From: Candidatus Pacearchaeota archaeon
Lineage (GTDB): Archaea; Nanobdellota; Nanobdellia; Pacearchaeales; UBA284
Length of the DNA stretch: 32,000 nucleotides
Reading direction: 5' to 3'
Assembly (NCBI GenBank): GCA_026016245.1
Contig: CP061211.1
Coordinates: forward strand, 570,001-602,000
Below, piece by piece: positions 16,242 through 24,900 of the stretch. The translations under genes and the position numbers were made by a program. The stretch's first letter is position 1; each line of letters opens with the position of its first letter. The notes beneath the pieces are model-generated. The model did no database searches. It was not told the DNA's origin and saw only the letters and a list, made by a program, of their open reading frames with translations.

Positions 16242-18098
16242 CTATGAAAATCTATTTAATATACGTTTGAATAAACCATCTCTTTTCCTTGTTTCCTTTG
16301 AAATATCTTCTTTAGGGATTCTACCAGATAGTTCTAATGTTTTAATATCTTTTAATTTGCTATTTAATTCATCTCCGAATTTAATATCCTTTAGATTTAA
16401 TCTTACTGTTTTATTACCTTTCCATTCATTCAATTCCAGTAGGTAAGCTATATGAATTTGTTTAGTGTTTTTGGAAATTTTGTCTAAAAAATGAGCCATC
16501 CGAAAACCTATGGCTTCTATTATGTTATTATAATTATCATAAAATTTAATTTTAAGATGTTTTTCTTTTAAGAGGTTGGGATAGTCGGTAAGGCTAAGAT
16601 TTGTAGAATAGAAAATTGGTTTTGGATTGCCTATTCCAAAAGGAGGTAATTGATTTATTTCTTTAATTAAAGTAGGATTAATATCAGCTAAATCTAACTT
16701 AGCATCAAGTTTTAGAATGGGCATAAACTGTTTGGAAGAAATTTTATTTTTTGCATATTTGCAAATCTGCTTTCTAAATTTTTTGATGTTTCTCTTATTA
16801 ATTTTAATACCAATTGCCTGTTCATGTCCTCCATAATTTATTAATAGGTTCTTACATGAATCTACTGCTTTAAGAAGATGAAAATTAGGAATACTTCGTC
16901 CAGATCCATATGCTCTGTCTTTTTCTATAGAGATTAGAATTGTTGGTTTATTATATATCTCAACAATACGAGAAGCTACAATTCCGATTATTCCTCTATG
17001 CCATCTTTCTTCTGCTAAAATAATACAATTTTCCTTATCAAGATTTATTTCTTTTTTTATCTTTAACAATGCTTTTTCTAATATCTTTTCTTGAATAACT
17101 TGTCTACGTATATTTTGTTCATCAAGAATATAAGCTATTTCTTGGGCCTTATTTTCAGAATTTGTTTGAAGTAGTTCCATAGATTTATCTGCTGTAGTTA
17201 AACGTCCTGCAGCATTTATTCTTGGCGCTAATCTAAAAGATATGTGTCCTGAATTGATTTCTTTCCCTCTAAGGCCTGAAACTTTGATTAAGGCTTTTAA
17301 ACCAATATTTTCAGTTCTCATTAACTGCTTTAAACCATATTTAACAATTATTCTATTTTCTCCATCTAAAGGCACGATATCAGCTATTGTTCCAAGACAA
17401 ACAAGATCTAAAAGAGAAATAATATTTAAACTGAGATTATATTTTTTTATTAAAACTTGTGCTACTTTAAATGCTATTCCTACCCCACTTAATTTTTTAT
17501 ATGGATAGTTGCATTTTTTTTGTTTGGGATTAATGATGGCTACTGCCTTAGGAAGTAATCCTATTTGTTCATGATGATCTGTAACTATTACATCAATAGA
17601 TTTCCTTTTAGCATACTTTATTTCTTTATTGGCGCTAATCCCACAGTCTACTGTAATAATTAAACCTACACCTTGTCTCCTTGCATAATCTATACTTTTT
17701 TTATTTAGTCCATAACCTTCAATTAATCTATTTGGAAAATAATATATGATTTTTCCTCCAATTAATTTAATAATTTTTACTAGAATAGCTGAAGCAGTTA
17801 TTCCGTCAACATCATAATCACCAAACAACATTATTCTCTCTTTATTAGTTATTGCTTTCTCAATACGATTAATAGCTTTATTCATATCTTTAAGTAAAAG
17901 AGGATTATGCATATCTTCAAAACGGCATCTAAGAAACTTTTCTGCTTCTTTAGAATCTATTATTCCCCTATTAGTAAGTAAAGTAGCAATTAATGGTGAA
18001 ATACCTAATTTTTGAATAAGAATCTGGCTATGTTTTTCTCTAGATTGTCTAATATTCCATTCCTTTTGTATATATGGCATAAATAAAATAGAACTCAA
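16242..18098 (-). CDS. recJ: Single-stranded-DNA-specific exonuclease RecJ with a bacterial-type motif layout
   Basis: ORF track, 618 aa. LLTNRGI...MHNPLLLKDMNKAINRIEKAI...IMLFGDYDVDGITASAIL...YFPNRLIEGYGL...IITVDCGI...VIVTDHH...GVGIAFKV...GGHEQAIG carries DHH motifs I-IV and the DHHA1 GGH motif, arranged as in bacterial RecJ. Confidence 0.9.
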   Translation of the reverse strand: MSSILFMPYIQKEWNIRQSREKHSQILIQKLGISPLIATLLTNRGIIDSKEAEKFLRCRFEDMHNPLLLKDMNKAINRIEKAITNKERIMLFGDYDVDGITASAILVKIIKLIGGKIIYYFPNRLIEGYGLNKKSIDYARRQGVGLIITVDCGISANKEIKYAKRKSIDVIVTDHHEQIGLLPKAVAIINPKQKKCNYPYKKLSGVGIAFKVAQVLIKKYNLSLNIISLLDLVCLGTIADIVPLDGENRIIVKYGLKQLMRTENIGLKALIKVSGLRGKEINSGHISFRLAPRINAAGRLTTADKSMELLQTNSENKAQEIAYILDEQNIRRQVIQEKILEKALLKIKKEINLDKENCIILAEERWHRGIIGIVASRIVEIYNKPTILISIEKDRAYGSGRSIPNFHLLKAVDSCKNLLINYGGHEQAIGIKINKRNIKKFRKQICKYAKNKISSKQFMPILKLDAKLDLADINPTLIKEINQLPPFGIGNPKPIFYSTNLSLTDYPNLLKEKHLKIKFYDNYNNIIEAIGFRMAHFLDKISKNTKQIHIAYLLELNEWKGNKTVRLNLKDIKFGDELNSKLKDIKTLELSGRIPKEDISKETRKRDGLFKRILNRFS

Positions 18099-18196
18099 TT
18101 AATTTTATATTTTTCTATTAGATAATGGTTTCTTCACATAAGGTCTCTTTTCAAATAAAAACCAAAAAACCTAAATAATTTCTCAATAACAAGGGC

Positions 18197-18214
18197 AAAG
18201 TTTAAAAGTTTTCT
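18197..18214 (+). promoter_or_regulatory. tRNA-Thr promoter (BRE/TATA-like AAAGTTTAAAAG); copy 2 of the 18-bp repeat
   Basis: TTTAAAAG at 18201-18208 lies about 24-31 nt upstream of the tRNA 5' end at 18232. The 18-bp sequence is identical to 15433-15450. Confidence 0.55.
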
Positions 18215-18231
18215 AACATAATTTATTTTAT

Positions 18232-18354
18232 GCCTCAGTAGCTCAGTTGGTAGAGCGGCGGTCTTGTAATAAAGAACCCAGGTTCTTTAAATTCCTAAAG
18301 AACAAGGGAAAACAAGAAAACCGTAGGTCGGGGGTTCGGATCCCCCCTGAGGCT
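18232..18354 (+). tRNA. tRNA-Thr (anticodon UGU) with a 50-nt intron at the canonical 37/38 position (intron 18269-18318)
   Basis: Hand fold: acceptor GCCTCAG/CTGAGGC, D arm GCTC-AGTTGGTA-GAGC, anticodon stem GCGGT/ACCGT, loop CT-TGT-A[intron]A, variable loop AGGTC, T arm GGGGG-TTCGGAT-CCCCC. The bulge-helix-bulge has a central helix CTTG(18263-18266)/CAAG(18313-18316) flanked by 3-nt bulges TAA and AAA that carry both splice sites. No CCA is encoded. Confidence 0.85.
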
Positions 18355-18391
18355 TTTGTTATATAGGTGTAAAGATTTTAGATAAGGGGAA

Positions 18392-18790
18392 ATGAGTAAA
18401 GTTTTATTTGTTTGTAAGGGAAATGTTGGAAGAAGTCAGATGGCTGAAGCTTTTTATAGTCATTTAGTAGGAAGAGGGGCTTATAGTGCAGGTATCAAGG
18501 CAGTTACAGAATTAGTACACCCTCCAGAAGACGTAGTTGATATAATGTTAGAAGAAAATATAGATCTATCAAACCAAATAATCAAAAAATTAAATGAAGA
18601 TATGGTGAGAAAAGCAGATAAAGTTATTATTATGTGCAAAAAAGAAATATATCCTTCTTATCTAAACAATTATTCTAATAAAGTTTTGTATTGGAATATA
18701 AAAGATCCAAGATACATGAATACAGATGAAAGAAGAAAAATCAGAGATATTATTAAAGAAAAAGTTCTTTCTCTTAATAGGAAGAGTTAA
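18392..18790 (+). CDS. Low-molecular-weight protein-tyrosine phosphatase / ArsC-family protein
   Basis: ORF track, 132 aa. The N-terminal VLFVCKGNVGRSQMAEAF contains the CX5R(S/T) P-loop signature. Confidence 0.85.
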   Translation: MSKVLFVCKGNVGRSQMAEAFYSHLVGRGAYSAGIKAVTELVHPPEDVVDIMLEENIDLSNQIIKKLNEDMVRKADKVIIMCKKEIYPSYLNNYSNKVLYWNIKDPRYMNTDERRKIRDIIKEKVLSLNRKS

Positions 18791-18863
18791 AAATTGCTGG
18801 TTTTTCAATACAGGATTTTTCTTGTAGCAAAATCTTTAAATATTCTTTCTTTTTTGTTTTGTT

Positions 18864-19256
18864 ATGATAAAAATTTATGAAATACCATCAGATAAGTTAA
18901 GTGGAGTAAAAAATATTTTGGAAGCTCCTGAAAAAGTTGCAGGAGAACTTGATGTAGAGATTGAGAAAGAGGCTGGCAGGAAAGGAACAAAAGTAGAGAA
19001 GGCAAAAGAGTGGAAGATTAATGAATTCAAAAGAGCTGGCTATATTTTGAGAGATGGAAAAGCTTTAGGTTTTGAAGAAAAAGAATCATATCTTTACATT
19101 GATGCTGATGAGGATTTTTTTAAAAGAAATGAAAAAATTTTGCTTGATGCTGGTGCAAAAGTACTTGAAGGGGAAAAATTTGAACAAGTAAAGAAAAAAA
19201 TCGAAAAAGCTGAACGCGAGGCTTCAGCTGGTGTTGGTTTTATTTTTGGAGGTTGA
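18864..19256 (+). CDS. Hypothetical charged protein with a hydrophobic Gly-rich C-terminal tail
   Basis: ORF track, 130 aa. It is K/E-rich and ends in ...AEREASAGVGFIFGG. I recognise no family. A TATA-like TCTTTAAATATT lies upstream. Confidence 0.5.
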   Translation: MIKIYEIPSDKLSGVKNILEAPEKVAGELDVEIEKEAGRKGTKVEKAKEWKINEFKRAGYILRDGKALGFEEKESYLYIDADEDFFKRNEKILLDAGAKVLEGEKFEQVKKKIEKAEREASAGVGFIFGG

Positions 19257-19261
19257 TTTGA

Positions 19262-19465
19262 ATGGGTATAACAAAAGGAATGCTGTCTAAATATCACCAA
19301 AATAAGGAAAAGATAGATTTGGAGATAAGAGATATTAGAAATGAGATTAATATGCATGGAACAGGAATTCTTTATGAAGAGGATAGAGAGATAGAAGAAG
19401 CTGTAAAATTATTAACTGAGAAGCATTATGATAATAGTAAGAGTATAGATGGAAAAGTAGATTAA
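19262..19465 (+). CDS. Hypothetical small protein
   Basis: ORF track, 67 aa. It starts 5 nt after the previous stop, so the two are probably co-transcribed. No recognisable motifs. Confidence 0.4.
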   Translation: MGITKGMLSKYHQNKEKIDLEIRDIRNEINMHGTGILYEEDREIEEAVKLLTEKHYDNSKSIDGKVD

Positions 19466-19545
19466 AAAAGAAAAAAATAGAAAGAAAAAGAGAGGAAAAG
19501 GATTTTAAATTGCTCTTTCTTATTTTTTATATTGGTTTTTATGTT

Positions 19546-19618
19546 GGGCCCGTGGTCTAGTGGTTACGACGTTGCTTTGACGTGGCAAAGATCCCAGGTT
19601 CGATCCCTGGCGGGCCCA
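19546..19618 (+). tRNA. tRNA-Val (anticodon GAC)
   Basis: Hand fold, 73 nt: acceptor GGGCCCG/CGGGCCC, D arm GTCT-AGTGGTTA-CGAC, anticodon stem TTGCT/GGCAA, loop TT-GAC-GT, variable loop AGATC, T arm CCAGG-TTCGATC-CCTGG, discriminator A. No CCA is encoded. Confidence 0.85.
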
Positions 19619-19659
19619 CTCATCATAGGATTTAAAAAAGGTAAGAGTTTTGTTAGAGA

Positions 19660-19995
19660 ATGGCAAAAAAAGGTGGTGACGAAGAAAAAATTTTTGCATT
19701 TCTTTGTTATTTGATTTCAATAATTGGTGTAGTGATTGTATTGGTTACAAAAAAAGACAGAAGCGACTTTAGTATCTATCATGCTAGACAGGGACTTGTT
19801 CTTTTTATAACTTGGATAATTGTTGCTATCCTATGGTCTATTTTAGGGTTAATACCTATTATTGGGTGGATTATAGGGTGGATACTATGGATACTAGTGC
19901 TAGTATTATGGATAATTGGAATGGTTAATTCTTTGACAGGAAAGAAAGTTCCATTGCCAGTGATTGGTGGATTTGCAAAATCTTTCAAGTTTTAG
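19660..19995 (+). CDS. Small membrane protein, DUF4870-like
   Basis: ORF track, 111 aa, with three TM helices. IFAFLCYLISIIGVVIVLV...DFSIYHARQGLVLF resembles the conserved HA.Q motif of that family. Confidence 0.5.
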   Translation: MAKKGGDEEKIFAFLCYLISIIGVVIVLVTKKDRSDFSIYHARQGLVLFITWIIVAILWSILGLIPIIGWIIGWILWILVLVLWIIGMVNSLTGKKVPLPVIGGFAKSFKF

Positions 19996-20098
19996 TGTCA
20001 TAAAGAGAAAAAAAGAAAACACAAAGTAAGATTTATATAGAGTTTTTTCCTCTCATCAAAAGAGAAGAGAGCTAAAAAAGAGGAGGGGCGCGCCTCAA

Positions 20099-21967
20099 AT
20101 GCAGCACAAGAAAGCACAAGTTACTATTTTTATAATAATTGCTGTACTTATTGTAGCTGTGGCTCTCTTCTCCTATTTTTTCATCTTCAGACCGCCAGCA
20201 ATTGTAATTCCTTCTGAAATTCAGCCTGTTGAAGCTTATCTTGTTGAGTGTGTTAGCGAGCAAGTTAAAGATGCTACAAGGATTGCTGGATTACAAGGAG
20301 GATATTTGGAAATGCCAGAGTTTGAACCTGGTTCTGAACAGCTTCCTTTTTCATCCCAGTTTGATTTTTTAGGAATACAAGTTCCTTATTGGTTTTATGT
20401 TTCTGGAAATAATCTAGCTAGGGAAAGAAAGCCTAGTTTGAAGGATATAGAAAAAGAGTTTGCTGATTATCTTAAAGAAAGAGTTGAGGAATGTAAGTTT
20501 GAGAGTTTTATTTTGCAAGGTTATGATATTGAAGTAGAAGGAAAGCCAGATATTGAAGTTAATATTAGAGCAAATTCAATTGAAACATTAGTAAACTGGC
20601 CTATTGATATTAATTATAGAGATATTAATGTTCGAATTGTAGAACATAGGGTTAGTACTAAAACCAGTTTTGGCCAACTTTATGATACTGCAAATAGAAT
20701 TTTTGATAGTGAGCAGGAGAAGTTGTTTTTAGAGAATTATGCTCTTGATGTCTTAAGACTTTATGCTCCTACTACTGATATTGAATTAAGTTGTGCTCCT
20801 AAAACCTGGTTTGTTAGTTCTGTTAGGGATGAGGTAAATAGTGCTCTTGAAGTTAATATCGCTGCTGTCAAGGTTTCTGGAACTTATTATGAATTAGACA
20901 GGAAAGAGGATGAGTATTTTGAGGTTGATGTTGGTGAGAGTATTGATGAGCAAGTGTATTTTCTTTATTTTAGGAATATGCCTCATGTCTTTGAAGTTTG
21001 GCCTTCTGAAGATAATTTAATGGAAGCAGAACCTATTGGAACACAGCCTGGTCTTGGTATCTTAGGAACTTTAGGTTTGTGTTATGTTCCTTATCATTTT
21101 GTCTATGATTTGAAATTCCCTGTTTTAGTTCAAGTGCTTAGGAATGGTGAGCTATTCCAGTTTCCTGTTGTGGTTGTAATTGATAAAAATAGTATAAGAA
21201 ATATGACTGCTGCTGAAACTCAGGAAATTGTGTTTGATTTATGTCAGCATAAAACACAGGAAGTTACAATATTCACTTATGATGAAAATACTCAGCCAAT
21301 TGAGGCTAAGCTTGGATTTAAATGCTTTAATCAAATATGTGATTTAGGTAGGACAAGAATAGAGGGCAGTAAGGCTGTTCTTGAAACTAGAATACCCCAA
21401 TGTTATAATGGATTTGTAGTAGCTAAGGCTGATGGTTATGTTACTAAAAAAGCTCCATCTCCAGGAATACAGACTTTTGTCATGAATGTATTCATGAGTC
21501 CTGAGCATGTTCTTGATTTAGAGGTTGGGGGATTGGGAAGCGGAGAGCATGCTACTGTAACTTTCACATCAGAAGATTATAGTGCTAGTGTTTATTATCC
21601 TGATCAAAAACAAATAATCTTGGCTGAAGGAATCTATAATGTATCAGTTTATTTGTTTAAAGAATCCTCAATTACTTTGGAATCTCAGAGAGTTGAAAAA
21701 TGCATAGATGTTCCTGTTGGTGGTATTGGCGCTATATTTGGAATTATGCAAGAGCAATGTTTTGAGCTTGATGTGCCTCAAGAAACTTATACTGATGTAA
21801 TATTTGGAGGAGGTTTTGTTGAATTTTCTATAACTGAATCTGAATTAAGAGGAGCATCTAAAGTCAGCATTATAGCTCCTTCATATGATGTTCCAAAAAA
21901 TCTGTTTGATTTAGGAGATGTTTATGGATTAATAGATGTCGGTGAAGTTCGAGTTTCAATAAAATGA
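20099..21967 (+). CDS. Large extracellular protein with a prepilin-like (class III-type) N-terminus; function unknown
   Basis: ORF track, 622 aa. The N-terminus is MQHKKA|QVTIFIIIAVLIVAVALFSYFF, with the same KKA motif as the pilin-like ORFs at 126-685. AGGAGG lies 13 nt upstream. The stop overlaps the start of the giant gene (ATGA at 21964-21967). Confidence 0.7.
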   Translation: MQHKKAQVTIFIIIAVLIVAVALFSYFFIFRPPAIVIPSEIQPVEAYLVECVSEQVKDATRIAGLQGGYLEMPEFEPGSEQLPFSSQFDFLGIQVPYWFYVSGNNLARERKPSLKDIEKEFADYLKERVEECKFESFILQGYDIEVEGKPDIEVNIRANSIETLVNWPIDINYRDINVRIVEHRVSTKTSFGQLYDTANRIFDSEQEKLFLENYALDVLRLYAPTTDIELSCAPKTWFVSSVRDEVNSALEVNIAAVKVSGTYYELDRKEDEYFEVDVGESIDEQVYFLYFRNMPHVFEVWPSEDNLMEAEPIGTQPGLGILGTLGLCYVPYHFVYDLKFPVLVQVLRNGELFQFPVVVVIDKNSIRNMTAAETQEIVFDLCQHKTQEVTIFTYDENTQPIEAKLGFKCFNQICDLGRTRIEGSKAVLETRIPQCYNGFVVAKADGYVTKKAPSPGIQTFVMNVFMSPEHVLDLEVGGLGSGEHATVTFTSEDYSASVYYPDQKQIILAEGIYNVSVYLFKESSITLESQRVEKCIDVPVGGIGAIFGIMQEQCFELDVPQETYTDVIFGGGFVEFSITESELRGASKVSIIAPSYDVPKNLFDLGDVYGLIDVGEVRVSIK

Positions 21968-24900
21968 GAAAAATGAAAAAAATAAATTTGGTTTTGGCAG
22001 TTTTGTTACTTGCAGTTTTATTTTCTGTTTTAATGGTTAGTGTTATGGCTCAACAACCTCCAATTGTCCCACCAGCTCCTGAATTGCCTCTTGAGCAGAT
22101 TCAAACACCCCCTGAATTTTACATGCAAGAGCCTCCAACACCTTATTTGTATCCTAATGCTGGTGTAACTCCTTGGTCTCATGTAGAATGGAGAGAGGGG
22201 TATTGCAATAAAACAGGGATGGATTTTCTTATTGAGATAGCTCCAGATGCATGCCAGCCTGCTATTGTTACTAGTGATCTTTTGGAAGAGCAAGATGTTC
22301 CTGTTTTATGTAGAATGACTGGGATAAAGATTAATCCAATAATACAAGTTCCATATATTAAGAGAATTATTCCTGCTGTTGAGAATCGTTCTGATGGAAT
22401 TAGTTATGTTAATTTCTTGCCTGCCCGTTATGCCCTAAGTTATTATGGTGATAGTGGACAGAAGAAGCCAGGTTTTGAGGGTGTCCCTACTATGAGTAAT
22501 CTAGGATATTTATTAATAGTTTTGAAAAGACAGCCCTCTGAAAAGAAAATGCCTGAGAGTGTCAAGGCTGATATTTCTGTAAGAATAATTTATGATATAG
22601 CCAGAACTTATGGGATTAATGAGAATCAGTTTGTATTGCCTTTATTAAGCCAGGAAGAATGGATCACTAACTACAAGAATTATGGTTTCTGGAGGGGCAA
22701 GGGTTATTTAAGGTTGCAGGAAATAGAGGGCAATAATAGAGCTAAAGTTGCTTTGTATACTATTCCAAGTGCAGCTCCTTTTGCTACTAGGGATCTTAGA
22801 GTGGGTATTGATCCTACAAAGAAAGATGAAGTTATGTTACCAGGATTTTATTGTGGTGCTGGTGTTAGTTTAAGATTAGATGAAATTTCTATTCCAAAGA
22901 ATAGAATTAGATTATTAGTTAATGGAAATGAACTTTTATTAGGAGAGGGAGAGCGTATTCAGGATTCAGGTTGTGTTGTTTTTAAAATTGAGCCTTCACC
23001 TTACACTTATGGAGGCAGTGCAGTAATAAGATGTGCTGCCACAGACAGAAAAGTTTTGACACTAAGTGATATTGAGGCAGATATTAAAGTGGATGAAAGA
23101 GAAGAGAGAGTGAGTGTTGGTTCTAGAATTGTTGCTGAAAAAGATAACAAGAAGAATTATTTTTATGTTGGCTATCTTGGCAAGGAGTATTTGAAAGAAG
23201 GTATGGATAATTTTATGATTTTATTTTCTGGAAAAAATGCAGAAAGTCCTTTGAGTGAGGGGGCTGTTAAAAAAACAACTGAAACAATACACTCTTATAT
23301 TAAATCACTAAGAGGAGAGGCATTAGAGGCTTTGCCTTCAACAACATGGAATTTACAATTAAGGGAAGCTCTTCAGAAAATATATCCAGATACTGCTAGG
23401 CAAGTCACTAACTTTTATGTTTCTAAGAAAGGTGTCTCAAATGGAATAGGCAGTCTAGGCACAAAGATAAATATTATTGATATGAGGGGGCCTAAGCAAG
23501 TTCTTTATTCAAGTGATGTTGAGGCTGTTTATAAGGACGCTATACAGCACTATCGTGATATTGCTCATGCTTACTCTGTTGAGCAGCATCCTGAGGGAAT
23601 GTATTATGGTGTAATGGCTCTAAGTTCTGCAGCAGACTTGGCTTCTGAATTGCATAAGGAAATTGATGAAGTTGATTTGTTGAGAGAGCTTATTGATAAA
23701 TATTCAGATTCTAGTGAGCTTGAAATTATTGCAGAGGTTGAGGAGGCAAGAGAGAGATTGAGGAGAGTTGTTTCCTTGAGTGGAGATAATTCTGCTATGT
23801 TCTCCAGACCAAGTGGAAATTATTTTATGCAGATGGTGTCAGTTGAAAAACCCTCTCTTGCAGTGCAGTCAGCTGAGATGGAGATTAATGATGTGAGAGG
23901 AACTTATGGTATTGATGATATTATTGATGGCTGGCAGATTGAAGATATAACTGATATTGGCGTTGTTTTCAAGAATCTGACCAAAACTTCTGAGAGAGAG
24001 ACTGTTTCAATAGGCAAAGTTGTTTATTTTGGACAGACAAGAGTTAAGGTTTTGGATATTACAATAAAAAGGGAGGCAAAAGTAACTATATTGCCTTTTG
24101 AACGTGAGCGAGAGACTGAGACTAATTTCAGTATTCAGATAGGTATTGAGAAAAGAGCAATACAATTGAGTCCTGAAAAAACAAGAGAGATGATTGCAGG
24201 TCTTGATAAAACTATTAGTAAGTTTGAGAGTGTAAGAGATAAGTTAGGGGATGTTGTTAGTGTGTGGAAGAAAGCATGTTATGTTGGCGCTAGTGCTTTA
24301 TGGGTAAAGAATTTTGTTACTGGCCTTAGTGGAGAAGCTCTTGCAAGAAAAAAAGTTATGCAAAGATGGACAATCATATGTTCAGATGAAGGTTATAGAA
24401 AAAGTATAGGAGCTGTCAGTATTTCAGATTGTTATAGAATAAAAGAAGATGCAATTAATAAAGATATAAATTTGATGAAAAATTCTCTCAGTAAAGCGAA
24501 TTCATTTGTAAAGGATGTTAAAGAGAGTGAGGGAGTTACAAAGACTGGTGGGTTATTTGGATTATCTAAGACAGTTGATGAAAATGAGTTCATGAAAGTT
24601 GCTAACAAAACTTTCTCTTCTGAACTTAAAGGAATAGGAGATATTCATCAACAAAAACAACTTAGAAAGATAGCAGTTTCAGATGGCCCTATTATTTATC
24701 AGGGAAAGAGATATGAGAGCATTAACAAATTAATAGAAGATATTGGAATTCAGACATTTGAAGAAAGGAAAAATGAGTATGCTGAAATTGAGAATAGGTT
24801 TGTGAATACTGCGAAGATTACCGAGAATATAAGTTATTTGCATCAGAAAAGCCAGTTGTTTAAGAATGATATTAAGGAACTTCATTTGACTCTTGAAATT

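Noticed and set aside
17242-17508. A plus-strand 88-aa ORF inside recJ
   Set aside because: It is antisense to the strongly supported RecJ gene.
19094-19720. ORFs 19094-19357 (minus), 19520-19720 (minus) and 19532-19714 (plus)
   Set aside because: The first is antisense to two plus-strand ORFs. The other two run straight through the tRNA-Val gene and its flanks.
20087-20094. A GGCGCGCC palindrome, a striking GC 8-mer in an AT-rich intergenic region, between an AGGAGG motif and the ATG at 20099
   Set aside because: It is too short to assign a function, has no flanking inverted repeats long enough for a stable hairpin, and occurs only once. I noted it only as part of the ribosome-binding region of the 622-aa gene.
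19779-20263. Minus-strand ORFs 19779-19988 and 20072-20263
   Set aside because: They are antisense to the DUF4870-like gene and to the 5' end of the 622-aa gene.
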